The notes below the pieces were generated by a model, which ran no database searches, was not told where the DNA came from, and worked only from the letters and a program-made list of their open reading frames with translations. A program made the position numbers and the translations under genes. This document shows positions 1 through 9,350 of a stretch of DNA of 64,000 nt, in pieces; within the stretch, counting starts at the first letter, position 1; each line of letters begins with the position of its first letter. Source of the DNA: Epilithonimonas sp. (lineage in GTDB: Bacteria; Bacteroidota; Bacteroidia; Flavobacteriales; Weeksellaceae); the NCBI RefSeq assembly GCF_036780765.1, contig NZ_DAIQCG010000007.1, positions 55,217 to 119,216 on the forward strand, written 5' to 3'.

Positions 1-762
1 GTAAAGTTCTTTTACTTTTCCTTTCACAATTTTTCCGTCTGCTTGAGCAAGACCAATCCATTGAGATTCTTTAACCTCACCTCTTGTTACTTTACCGATT
101 GCAATTCTTCCTAAGAAAGAAGAGAAATCTAATGAAGTAATCTGCATCTGAAGGTTACCTTCAGTTACTTTCGGTTCTGGAACGTATTGTAAAATCCCGT
201 CTAATAATGGGAAAATATTATCAGTTTCTTCTAATGAAGTGTTGAACCAACCTTGCTTAGATGAACCGTAGAATGTTGGGAAATCCAACTGCTCTTCTGT
301 TGCATCTAGGTTGAAGAACAAGTCAAAAACTTGGTCGTGAACTTCGTCTGGACGACAGTTTGGCTTATCAACTTTGTTAATTACAACCAAAGGTCTAAGA
401 CCCAGTTCTAAAGCTTTTTGAAGTACAAATCTTGTCTGTGGCATTGGTCCTTCGAAGGCATCCACCAACAAGATTACACCATCAGCCATTTTAAGAACTC
501 TTTCTACCTCACCACCAAAATCGGCGTGACCAGGTGTATCAATTACATTGATTTTTGTGTCTTTGTAATTTACAGAGATGTTTTTTGAAAGAATCGTAAT
601 TCCCCTCTCTCTTTCCAAATCGTTGTTATCCATAATCAACTCACCACTCTCCTGATTCTCTCTGAAGATGTTTGTTGCGTGAATAATCTTGTCAACCAAA
701 GTTGTTTTTCCGTGGTCAACGTGTGCGATAATCGCTATATTTCTAATGTTTTGCATATCCAT
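1..762 (-). CDS. typA: Translational GTPase TypA/BipA, N-terminal part (gene runs off the window start)
   Basis: Absent from the ORF track because it is truncated by the window edge. Reverse translation from the ATG at 760-762 reads [25 protein letters not shown]...[14 protein letters not shown]...VINKVDK, giving G1/G3/G4 GTPase motifs in the TypA arrangement. Confidence 0.9.
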   Translation of the reverse strand, partial: MDMQNIRNIAIIAHVDHGKTTLVDKIIHATNIFRENQESGELIMDNNDLERERGITILSKNISVNYKDTKINVIDTPGHADFGGEVERVLKMADGVILLVDAFEGPMPQTRFVLQKALELGLRPLVVINKVDKPNCRPDEVHDQVFDLFFNLDATEEQLDFPTFYGSSKQGWFNTSLEETDNIFPLLDGILQYVPEPKVTEGNLQMQITSLDFSSFLGRIAIGKVTRGEVKESQWIGLAQADGKIVKGKVKELY

Positions 763-881
763 TTTTTACGCGTGCAAATGTAGTGAATTTTTATGGGATG
801 ATAAACTCTGATTCAATTATTTTTAAAAATATGGCTAAATAATTAACATCTAATTAAAGCTGTGTTAATCAGTGAATTAAA

Positions 882-2045
882 TTATAGACTTCTTAAGATT
901 TCTTTTCCTTTAACAGATTGCGTGAAAATCAGGTAATGACTTCCGCCGTCATTCAGTTTATATTTTTTCTTGATTTCATCCGGTTTCAAAGGATAATTTT
1001 TAGAAACAATATTAAACATCTCTCCTTTTTTCAAATCTTTTGCGTCGATTTTTTCTATTTCTAAAACTCTTCCAGGAAAGTTTTCGATTTTGTTTTCTGA
1101 AGTATAAAAATGCGTATTTGGATGCAGTTTTTTCAACCCGAATTTTTCTGAAATGATATTAAATGCTCCAGCTTTCAGAATAGAATTGTTTGGAATATAA
1201 AGAAAATTCAAAGTTTCTGAGAACTCTGATTTTGCTGATTTTTCATCATTAAAATTGAATAAAAACTCAGGTTCATCAGATTCAAGATTTACACATTTAA
1301 TAGTTGTTGGTTGTTGGTTGCCGGTTGATAGATTATTTTCAATAATTAAAACTAATTCTTTGACTTCATTTCTAACTGCAATAATTTGAATTTCACTAAT
1401 ATTTTTTAATTCTGAAATCAAATATGAAATATCAATTAAAGGCGATAATTTTACAATGATTTTATCAGAAATTGACATTAATTTTTTTTCGATTTCTAAG
1501 AGATTTGGGGATAAATCTTCTAGCAAGAATTTCTTTTTGTTTTGCTGGTCTCGTCTTGCTGGGTCAAGATAAACAACATCAAATTTTTGTTGATTGCTTT
1601 CTAAAAACTCTTCCAAATTTACATTTATGAAATTGGCTTTTCTTTCTAAAGTTTTCCAATTATTTTCAACGATTGAAATCAATTCTGGATTTTGCTCAAT
1701 TAAAGTAACATCATCAAAATTCTTAGATAAAAAATAAGCGTCAATCCCGAAACCACAAGTCAAATCGAGAAAAGATTTTCCTTTAAGATTTTGTGCTTTA
1801 TATTCTGCGGTTGATTGCGATGAAGCTTGTTCCAGATTGAGATTTGGAGGGAAAATAATTCCTTCCTTTAATAAGAATGAAAACTTCTTCCCAGCTGTTT
1901 TTCTGCCTTTGATTTGTTGCACAATTTCCTGCATCGTAACATCAGAAAATGGCGATTTTTTCAATAATAATTTATTTAAATTAGAATTGAGATTTTGACT
2001 GATATAGTTTTGAATATCAGAAGAAATTAGCTTTGAAAAATCCAT
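882..2045 (-). CDS. Class I SAM-dependent methyltransferase (THUMP-like / RsmD-like)
   Basis: 387-aa ORF. DLTCGFGIDAYFLS (SAM-binding glycine motif) and VVYLDPARR are typical of this methyltransferase group. Confidence 0.7.
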   Translation of the reverse strand: MDFSKLISSDIQNYISQNLNSNLNKLLLKKSPFSDVTMQEIVQQIKGRKTAGKKFSFLLKEGIIFPPNLNLEQASSQSTAEYKAQNLKGKSFLDLTCGFGIDAYFLSKNFDDVTLIEQNPELISIVENNWKTLERKANFINVNLEEFLESNQQKFDVVYLDPARRDQQNKKKFLLEDLSPNLLEIEKKLMSISDKIIVKLSPLIDISYLISELKNISEIQIIAVRNEVKELVLIIENNLSTGNQQPTTIKCVNLESDEPEFLFNFNDEKSAKSEFSETLNFLYIPNNSILKAGAFNIISEKFGLKKLHPNTHFYTSENKIENFPGRVLEIEKIDAKDLKKGEMFNIVSKNYPLKPDEIKKKYKLNDGGSHYLIFTQSVKGKEILRSL

Positions 2046-2166
2046 TTGTATTAAACTTTGAATCGCTCGCAGCCCGACCTGAGTGGAGCTCTTTTTCTTT
2101 TTATTTAAAAAGAAAAAAGCGGGAACGGAGGGCGGATTAAGCTGCCCAAATTTATTAAATTATCTT

Positions 2167-3564
2167 TTAAACTGATTTCATATTATCTCCATCACGGAAA
2201 TTCAATCTTCTAAAAACCAAACCGGAAATAATCGTGAGAAAACCAACGACTAAAAATGTATATCGAAATGCGTTGTGAACCTCGTTATTGATGAATTTGG
2301 TGTCACCTTCGAAAATCTTCAGAACAATCAATCCAAATGCAATCCCGAATCCCATCGCCAACTGCTGATTAACAGCAACCAAAGAATTTCCGCTGCTGGT
2401 CTGATAATTTCGTAAATCCGCTATGGAAATAGTATTCATTGATGTGAATTGTATCGAATTGAAAAATCCTAACAACAGCAACAATGGCACAAACCAATAA
2501 ATGGAATTGTGAACATCAGGGATCGCCAAACAACAAATGATTAAACCAATGATAAAGGTATTGACCATCAATGTGGAACGATAACCAAATCTGTCTAAAA
2601 TCTGGATAACTGCTGATTTTCCGAACATAGAAGTCAATGCCATTGGCGCAACAATCCAACCTGAAGTAAACGCCGATTGTCCATAAGCTATCTGTATCAT
2701 CAAAGGAACTAATAAAGGAATTGAACTAATTCCTAATCTTGTCGCCAAATTCCCTAAAACACCTACTCTAAAGGTGCGAACCTGAAAAAGATTGAGTGGG
2801 AAAATTGGATTATTATCTTTTTTGGCGTGTTTGTAATAAAAATACAACATCAAGAATCCCAATAAAAACACCAACAAAACGGGTGTCATATTCTTAGCAT
2901 TTCCGAATAATTCTAAAGACGTAGAAAGTAATAAAGACGCTAAACCGAAAATGAGAAATCCTTTCAAATCGAAGTCGATGATTGGAGATTTGTAATTCGG
3001 CATATATTTGATACTCAAAACTATTCCTAGAATTCCGATTGGTAAATTAATAAGAAAAATCCAGTGCCACGATAAATAATCGACAATATAACCACCAACC
3101 AAAGGTCCTAAAACCGGACCAATCAAAGCAGGAATAATGGCGTAGTTCATTGCTTTGAGCAATTCGTTTTTGTCAAATGCTTTAATCAATGCGAGTTTTC
3201 CAACTGGTGTCATCAAACTTCCACCAACACCTTGAACAACTCTGGCAATAACCAACTCTGTGAGATTATGAGCCATCGAACAAAGCAATGAACCCAGCGA
3301 AAAGAATATTAATGAGAAAATAAAAACTTTCTTAGTTCCGAATTTGTCCGCCAAAAATCCGCTAACAGGCATAAACAATGCTAAAGTCAATACATAACTA
3401 ATGATTGCATTCTGCATATTAAGCGGAGATTCTCCCAATTCTTTGGCAATTGACGGCAAAGATGTATTGAGAATTGTAGAATCCAACATCTGCATAAATA
3501 TGGCAGTTGCCAATATAAACGGAAGGATTTTTTTGACCGAATCGGTTGTGAGAGTTTCGCTCAT
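2167..3564 (-). CDS. MFS transporter, DHA2 (EmrB/QacA-like, 14-TMS) family
   Basis: 465-aa strongly hydrophobic ORF with an MFS N-terminal signature region (LDSTILNTSLPSIAKEL, GFLADKFGTKKV). Confidence 0.8.
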   Translation of the reverse strand: MSETLTTDSVKKILPFILATAIFMQMLDSTILNTSLPSIAKELGESPLNMQNAIISYVLTLALFMPVSGFLADKFGTKKVFIFSLIFFSLGSLLCSMAHNLTELVIARVVQGVGGSLMTPVGKLALIKAFDKNELLKAMNYAIIPALIGPVLGPLVGGYIVDYLSWHWIFLINLPIGILGIVLSIKYMPNYKSPIIDFDLKGFLIFGLASLLLSTSLELFGNAKNMTPVLLVFLLGFLMLYFYYKHAKKDNNPIFPLNLFQVRTFRVGVLGNLATRLGISSIPLLVPLMIQIAYGQSAFTSGWIVAPMALTSMFGKSAVIQILDRFGYRSTLMVNTFIIGLIICCLAIPDVHNSIYWFVPLLLLLGFFNSIQFTSMNTISIADLRNYQTSSGNSLVAVNQQLAMGFGIAFGLIVLKIFEGDTKFINNEVHNAFRYTFLVVGFLTIISGLVFRRLNFRDGDNMKSV

Positions 3565-3581
3565 TTTTTGAAATTAATATT

Positions 3582-3605
3582 AAAAAAATCCGCTTTTATG
3601 CGGAT
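3582..3605 (-). terminator. Intrinsic terminator after aguA
   Basis: Stem atccgc/gcggat (3588-3593 / 3600-3605). It is followed on the minus strand by a T-run (A-run 3582-3588 on plus). Confidence 0.6.
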
Positions 3606-3612
3606 TATATTT

Positions 3613-4671
3613 TTAAACCAAAGGTTCTTGTTGACTTAGACAATGGAAACTTCCCAATCCCCAAATAATATCGGTAGAATCTATACCAACCACTTCTCTG
3701 TCAGGAAAACATTTTTGAATGATTTCTAAAGCCAATTCATCTTTATCACATCTGTAAGTCGGTACAATGACTGACTTATTGGCGATATAAAAATTAGCAT
3801 AAGAAGCAGGCAATCTTTGTCCATCACAGTAAACTGGGTCTGGCATTGGCAATTGGATGATATTTAATTTTTCGCCTTTTAGCAAAGTCATTTCTTCCAG
3901 TTGACGAAGGTTGGTTTGAAGAATTTCGTAGTTATCATCTTCAGTATTATCTTCGATAACTGTCAGAACTGTATTTTCATTGACGAATCTAATGGTATCA
4001 TCCACGTGACCGTCTGTATCATCGCCTACAATTCCGTCATCGACCCAAAGAACCTGTTTTTGTCCGTAATATTTTTTCAAGAACTCTTCCACTTCTTCCT
4101 GAGAAAGATGCGGATTTCTGTTTTCATTAAGTAAACAAGATTTGGAAGTCAAAACTGTTCCAGCACCGTTAAATTCAACGGAACCTCCTTCCATAATAAT
4201 TCCAGGATAAAGAACAGGCAATCCTTTTTCTTCAGCAATCTTAGTTGGAATTACATCATCCAATTCGAATGGCGGATATTTTCCTCCCCACGCATTGAAA
4301 CCCCAATCCACAATGATTTTCTTTGGTTCTTCTCCATTTTTATTCACTAAAAAAGCGGGTCCGTGGTCTCTGCACCAAGCATCATTGGTTTCATTAAAAT
4401 AAAACTCGACTTTGGAAATATCTGCGCCTGCTTTGGAAATATGTTCCATTGCGAAAGCTTGCATTTCTTGGTCTTTTACATTGATGCAAACGAACTCACC
4501 TTTTGTTAATTCTGCAATAAATTTAGCATAAGCCGGATAAATCAAATCGATTCTTTCCGGCCAAGATTCTTCTTTGTGAGGCCAAGACAACCAAGTAGCT
4601 TCGTGTTCTTCCCATTCTGCTGGGAAAACATATCCATTTTCTAACGGATTAAAATCTTTATCTATAATCAT
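3613..4671 (-). CDS. aguA: Agmatine deiminase
   Basis: 352 aa. Has the PAD_porph-family layout, with a C-terminal GLGSFHCLSQQEP block containing the catalytic Cys. Start overlaps the aguB stop (ATGA at 4671). Confidence 0.85.
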   Translation of the reverse strand: MIIDKDFNPLENGYVFPAEWEEHEATWLSWPHKEESWPERIDLIYPAYAKFIAELTKGEFVCINVKDQEMQAFAMEHISKAGADISKVEFYFNETNDAWCRDHGPAFLVNKNGEEPKKIIVDWGFNAWGGKYPPFELDDVIPTKIAEEKGLPVLYPGIIMEGGSVEFNGAGTVLTSKSCLLNENRNPHLSQEEVEEFLKKYYGQKQVLWVDDGIVGDDTDGHVDDTIRFVNENTVLTVIEDNTEDDNYEILQTNLRQLEEMTLLKGEKLNIIQLPMPDPVYCDGQRLPASYANFYIANKSVIVPTYRCDKDELALEIIQKCFPDREVVGIDSTDIIWGLGSFHCLSQQEPLV

Positions 4672-5546
4672 TAATCTTCGTCAATAAAACGTTTTGTAAT
4701 CGGCGAATAAGTTTCGATCCTTCTATCTCTCAAAAATGGCCAGTGCTTTCTCATATAATCAGTTTGAGCAAGGTCAACTTCAGTTACTGCAACTTCTTCC
4801 TTATCGTGAGAACCAAGATATAACAACTTTCCTTGAGCATTAGTTACAAAACTTCCGCCCCAGAATTTCATAGCGCCGTCTTGTTCAAAACCTACTCTAT
4901 TTACAGAAACCACAGGAACTCCGTTTGCAACTGCGTGCGAACGCTGAATCGTCTGCCAAGCATTGTATTGGTCTTGATTGGTTTCTTCGTCTTGGTCTGT
5001 TGCCCAACCAATCGCTGTTGGATAAAACATAATATCTGCTCCCATTAATGCTGTAATTCTTGAAGCTTCTGGATACCATTGATCCCAACAAATCAACACT
5101 CCGATTCTTCCGAATTTTGTGTCAAAATTTTTGTAACCTAAATCGCCTGGTGTAAAATAGAATTTTTCATAAAAAGCAGGGTCATCCGGAATATGCATTT
5201 TACGGTATTTACCAAGATAAGTTCCGTCTGCATCAATAACAGCCGTTGTATTATGATAAAGACCTTGCGCTCTTTTCTCGAATAATGAAGCGATGATTAC
5301 AACGCCCAATTCTTTAGCAACTGGCGACAATGCATCTGTAGATGGTCCAGGAATCGGTTCTGCCAATTCGAAGTTATCGTAATCTTCTACATCACAAAAA
5401 TACAATGATGTAAAAAGTTCCTGTAAACAAACAATTTGAGCACCTTTTGCTGCTGCTTCTTTTATCTTTTCAATGGCTTTGTTCAGGTTTGACTGCTTAT
5501 CAGCAACACAAGACATCTGAACTGTTCCGATTTTAACCTTTGACAT
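4671..5546 (-). CDS. aguB: N-carbamoylputrescine amidase (carbon-nitrogen hydrolase)
   Basis: 291 aa. Nitrilase-superfamily motifs: CLQELF (Glu), YRKMHIPD (Lys), LICWDQWYPE (Cys). Translationally coupled to aguA. Confidence 0.85.
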   Translation of the reverse strand: MSKVKIGTVQMSCVADKQSNLNKAIEKIKEAAAKGAQIVCLQELFTSLYFCDVEDYDNFELAEPIPGPSTDALSPVAKELGVVIIASLFEKRAQGLYHNTTAVIDADGTYLGKYRKMHIPDDPAFYEKFYFTPGDLGYKNFDTKFGRIGVLICWDQWYPEASRITALMGADIMFYPTAIGWATDQDEETNQDQYNAWQTIQRSHAVANGVPVVSVNRVGFEQDGAMKFWGGSFVTNAQGKLLYLGSHDKEEVAVTEVDLAQTDYMRKHWPFLRDRRIETYSPITKRFIDED

Positions 5547-5719
5547 TTCTAAAAATTTTTACAAAAATACTAAGATTCTAGGGAATCAAAAATTCAACCA
5601 AAAGATTTTAAACTTATATTTCTAAAAATTAATTTAATCATCAATACTTTCTATGATTTAAAACTGTTAAAATCCTCAATAAATTCTACCTTTGCACCAA
5701 ATTAAAATGCTATAGAATT

Positions 5720-6133
5720 ATGATGAATTATCATACTAGAAAATGGATAAAACCAGAAGATCTTAATCCCAATCATTCACTTTTTGGAGGAAGACTTTTG
5801 CAATGGATTGATGAAGAAGCGGCACTTTATGCGATTATTCAGTTAGAAAATTCGAGGGCGGTAACAAAGTATATCTCCGAAATAAATTTTGTAAGTTCTG
5901 CCAAACAAGGCGATATTATTGAGATTGGAATTGAAGCAGTGGAATTTGGTAGAACCTCTCTGACACTAAGATGCGAAGTAAGAAATAAAATGACACATCA
6001 GAAAATCATTACAATTGATAAATTGGTATTCGTAGCTCTTGGCGAAGATGGATTGCCAAAACCGCACGGAAAAACAAAAATCGAATATGTTGAGGATCGA
6101 CTTTATGTTAAAAATACAAACCCAGAATTATAA
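5720..6133 (+). CDS. Acyl-CoA thioesterase (hotdog fold, YciA-like)
   Basis: 137 aa. LFGGRLLQWIDEEAALYA is the typical hotdog thioesterase core. Confidence 0.75.
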   Translation: MMNYHTRKWIKPEDLNPNHSLFGGRLLQWIDEEAALYAIIQLENSRAVTKYISEINFVSSAKQGDIIEIGIEAVEFGRTSLTLRCEVRNKMTHQKIITIDKLVFVALGEDGLPKPHGKTKIEYVEDRLYVKNTNPEL

Positions 6134-6162
6134 TAGAATCTAAATCAGATTCTATTTTTTTT
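6133..6162 (+). terminator. Intrinsic terminator
   Basis: Stem tagaatct/agattcta followed by an 8-T run directly after the stop codon. Confidence 0.65.
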
Positions 6163-6237
6163 GTCTGATATTTCAGTAAGGTTGAATGATCTCTTCCAAA
6201 AATTTTAATTAAATTCGTGAAATTTTAAAATTTTGAA

Positions 6238-8373
6238 ATGAAAAAAATTCTCTTATCAGCTTTTGCATTGTCAACAGTAATGACATTTGCACAGCAATAC
6301 GGAGGAATGTGGATTCCGACAGAAGTTAATGAAAAAGAAATGAAAGAACTGGGAATGAAAATCTCTGCAAAAGATATTTTCAATCCAGAAAAAGCGAGCA
6401 TCAAAGATGCCGTAGTTCAGTTTGATGGTGGTTGTACTGCGGAAATCATTTCAGGAAAAGGATTGTTATTGACCAATCATCATTGTGGTTATGATAATAT
6501 CCAATCCCACTCAACAGTAGAAAATGACCTTTTGACCAACGGATTCTGGGCCAAAGATATGAATGGAGAATTACCAAACCCTGGCGTAACAGTTGATTTC
6601 ATCACCGACATCAAAGAAGTTACAAAAGACATTCTTTCAGGAACCGATGGACTTACTGGAAAAGATTTGGATGCCAAAATTAAACAAAATACAGACGCTT
6701 ATATTGCTTCACAAAAACCTGAGAGTTACCAAAAAATCTCTGTACGTTCTATGTATTATGGTAATAAGTATTATGCTTATGTCATAGAAACTTACAAAGA
6801 TATCCGTTTGGTTGGCGCACCGCCACAGGCTATTGGAAAATACGGTTCTGATACAGACAACTGGGTTTGGCCAAGACATACGGGAGATTTCTCTATGTTC
6901 AGAATTTATGCTGATAAGAATAATAAACCTGCAGAATATTCCAAAGATAATATCCCTTACACGCCGAAACATTTCTTGCCAATTTCTATTAAGGATAAGA
7001 AAGAGGATGATTTCACTTTTGTTTTCGGATTCCCGGGAAGAACAACAGAATATCTTCCTGCTGTGGCGGTAGAAAAAATAATGACGGAGATTGATCCTGC
7101 GATGATTTCTGTTCGGGATGTGACTTTGAAAACGCTTGACGAAAAAATGAGAGTGGACAATGCGACAAGAATCAAGTATGCTTCTAAATATGCAAGAATC
7201 TCCAACGCCTGGAAAAAATGGCAAGGCGAAATAGAAGGCCTTAAAAAGTCTAATGCTGTTGGAAAAAAGCAACAATATGAGCAATCTTTGATTTCAAAAA
7301 ATCCAGCAATCAAAACTACAATTGACGGACTTAATAAACTTTATAATGAACAAGCGCCTTACGCCTTAAACAGAGCTTACTACAGTGAGTTGCCAAGAAA
7401 TGCGGAAACTTTGGCTTTGGGAAGTTTATTCGGAAGTTATGTAGAAGCTGTTGAAAACGGAACTTCTTCTCAGAAATCTTTGGATAATTTGAAATCAAGA
7501 TTGTCTGAAATTTATAAAGATTATGAAAGTGGTCTTGATGCAAAAGTAACTGCAAAAGTTATTGCGCTTTATGCCAACAAAACGCCTCAACAATTTTTAC
7601 CAACTGGCTTTGAGAAGTATAAAGATGTGAATCAAAATATTGCAACAATAGAAAACTGGGCAAAAAGTTCTGTAGTAATGGGAGGCGGAAAAGTGAATGG
7701 TGCAACAGTTTATTCTGACATCGATAAAGTTTTTGCAGATCAAAACGCTTTGGTTCAAGCTCTTAAAAAAGATCCAGTAGTTCAGCTTTATGCATCTATC
7801 AAAGGAACTTATGTAAAAACAACTCACGAAAAAGTAACTTCTTTGCAAACTGAAATTGATGCATTGCAAAAACAGTTTATGGCTCAGCAAATGGAAACGG
7901 ATAAAGACAGAAAATTCTTTCCAGATGCCAATTCTACTTTGCGTGTGACTTATGGTAAAGTGAAAGGTTCCAACCCTAGAGATGCTGTCAATTATGGTTA
8001 TCAAACGCATCTTGCTGGTGTTATGGAAAAATATATTCCTGGAGATTATGAATTTGATCTGCCTAAAAAATTAATCAATCTTTACAACACCAAAGATTAC
8101 GGAATCTATAAAGATAAATCTGGGGATGTTCCTGTAAACTTCACAGCAACCAATCACACAACTGGTGGAAACTCTGGAAGTCCTGCTCTGGATGCTTACG
8201 GAAACCTCATTGGTCTTAACTTCGATAGACAATGGGAAGGCACGATGAGTGACATCAATTATGATCCAAAATTATGTAGAAACATTATGGTGGATACCAA
8301 ATATATTCTTTTCGTGATTGACAAATATGCCGATGCAAAATGGTTAATCAATGAGATGAAAATCGTAAAATAA
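6238..8373 (+). CDS. S46 family dipeptidyl-peptidase (DPP7/DPP11-like)
   Basis: 711 aa with a signal peptide. GGMWIP N-terminus, LTNHHCGYD (His) and TGGNSGSP (Ser) are hallmarks of peptidase family S46. Confidence 0.9.
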   Translation: MKKILLSAFALSTVMTFAQQYGGMWIPTEVNEKEMKELGMKISAKDIFNPEKASIKDAVVQFDGGCTAEIISGKGLLLTNHHCGYDNIQSHSTVENDLLTNGFWAKDMNGELPNPGVTVDFITDIKEVTKDILSGTDGLTGKDLDAKIKQNTDAYIASQKPESYQKISVRSMYYGNKYYAYVIETYKDIRLVGAPPQAIGKYGSDTDNWVWPRHTGDFSMFRIYADKNNKPAEYSKDNIPYTPKHFLPISIKDKKEDDFTFVFGFPGRTTEYLPAVAVEKIMTEIDPAMISVRDVTLKTLDEKMRVDNATRIKYASKYARISNAWKKWQGEIEGLKKSNAVGKKQQYEQSLISKNPAIKTTIDGLNKLYNEQAPYALNRAYYSELPRNAETLALGSLFGSYVEAVENGTSSQKSLDNLKSRLSEIYKDYESGLDAKVTAKVIALYANKTPQQFLPTGFEKYKDVNQNIATIENWAKSSVVMGGGKVNGATVYSDIDKVFADQNALVQALKKDPVVQLYASIKGTYVKTTHEKVTSLQTEIDALQKQFMAQQMETDKDRKFFPDANSTLRVTYGKVKGSNPRDAVNYGYQTHLAGVMEKYIPGDYEFDLPKKLINLYNTKDYGIYKDKSGDVPVNFTATNHTTGGNSGSPALDAYGNLIGLNFDRQWEGTMSDINYDPKLCRNIMVDTKYILFVIDKYADAKWLINEMKIVK

Positions 8374-8396
8374 TTCAATCTTTAAATTAAATATAG

Positions 8397-8433
8397 CTTT
8401 GCCATAGATGATTATCTTTGGCAAAGTTTTTTT
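8397..8433 (+). terminator. Intrinsic terminator after the S46 peptidase gene
   Basis: Stem ctttgcca/tggcaaag plus a 7-T run that abuts the next start codon. Confidence 0.6.
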
Positions 8434-8988
8434 ATGATAAAAGAACTACAACATTTGCACGATTTGATTTTAAAAGAATTGAATCTAAACCTTTCAGAAA
8501 TCACTCCAGATTTGGAATGTGAAGAATATTCTGGTTTTAATTTTAAAATTAATCAAACGAATTTTAAATTCAGAAAGTCAAAATTGACACCAAAGAAGAT
8601 TGGTCAATTTGTAACCTTTTGGAAGAGAGATTCTGATGGAAAAACAGTTCCTTTTGATATTAATGATGATTTCGATTTCTACCTCATTTCGATTGAAGAA
8701 AATGAGAATTCTGGGTTTTTCATTTTTTCTAAAGCTGTTTTAGAAAAACAAGATTTAATCTCCAGCGAAAATAAAACCGGGAAAAGAGGTTTCAGAGTTT
8801 ATGCAGATTGGCATTTCCCAAATAACAAGCAAGCTGTAAAAACCAAAGATTGGCAAACCAAATATTTCATTAATTATTCTGATTCTGATGATTCTGTTTT
8901 AAATCAATTTAGAAAAATCATAAAGCTAAAGTATTCTACTTTTCACAATTACATTCCTCAAAAACAGTTACACGTTGTATCCAATTGA
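8434..8988 (+). CDS. MepB-family protein (function unknown)
   Basis: 184 aa. The segment ECEEYSGFNFKINQTNFKFRKSKLTPKKIGQFVTFWKRD resembles the conserved MepB core as I remember it. Confidence 0.5.
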   Translation: MIKELQHLHDLILKELNLNLSEITPDLECEEYSGFNFKINQTNFKFRKSKLTPKKIGQFVTFWKRDSDGKTVPFDINDDFDFYLISIEENENSGFFIFSKAVLEKQDLISSENKTGKRGFRVYADWHFPNNKQAVKTKDWQTKYFINYSDSDDSVLNQFRKIIKLKYSTFHNYIPQKQLHVVSN

Positions 8989-9350
8989 AATTGATAAATG
9001 ATTTTCTTTAATTTTTTGAGAATTTTATTTCCATTGACAAAACTATGATTTAAACATTGTTTAAAATTAACATAACCTAAAACCAAAATATTAACAGAAA
9101 ATTTAGTTTGATTTTCATCCTCTCTCGGATTTTATCAATCATTGTAAGTCCAAGATGAGGTGCGATACATGGGTAAAAAATCCGAACCTACAACTAAAGT
9201 CGAAATCTATGAAAATGGCGAAGTGAAGAAAACCAGAGTCTATACAAGTTTTGATAATTATTACACTGTTCCTGGCGCAACTTCTCCATAAATTAAACAA
9301 AAAAAGTGAAGCACTTCTGCTCCACTTTATTATTTAGAAATCAATCAAGA

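Noticed and set aside
6709-7313. 191-aa and 118-aa minus-strand ORFs inside the S46 peptidase gene.
   Set aside because: They are antisense to a gene with clear catalytic motifs, and their composition is typical of non-coding frames.
9169-9291. 40-aa ORF (MGKKSEPTTKVEIYENGEVKKTRVYTSFDNYYTVPGATSP) in the 360-nt AT-rich spacer between mepB and the M16 peptidase gene.
   Set aside because: There is no recognisable family, no supporting signals I can verify and it is very short. It might be a real small protein, but the sequence alone does not support calling it.
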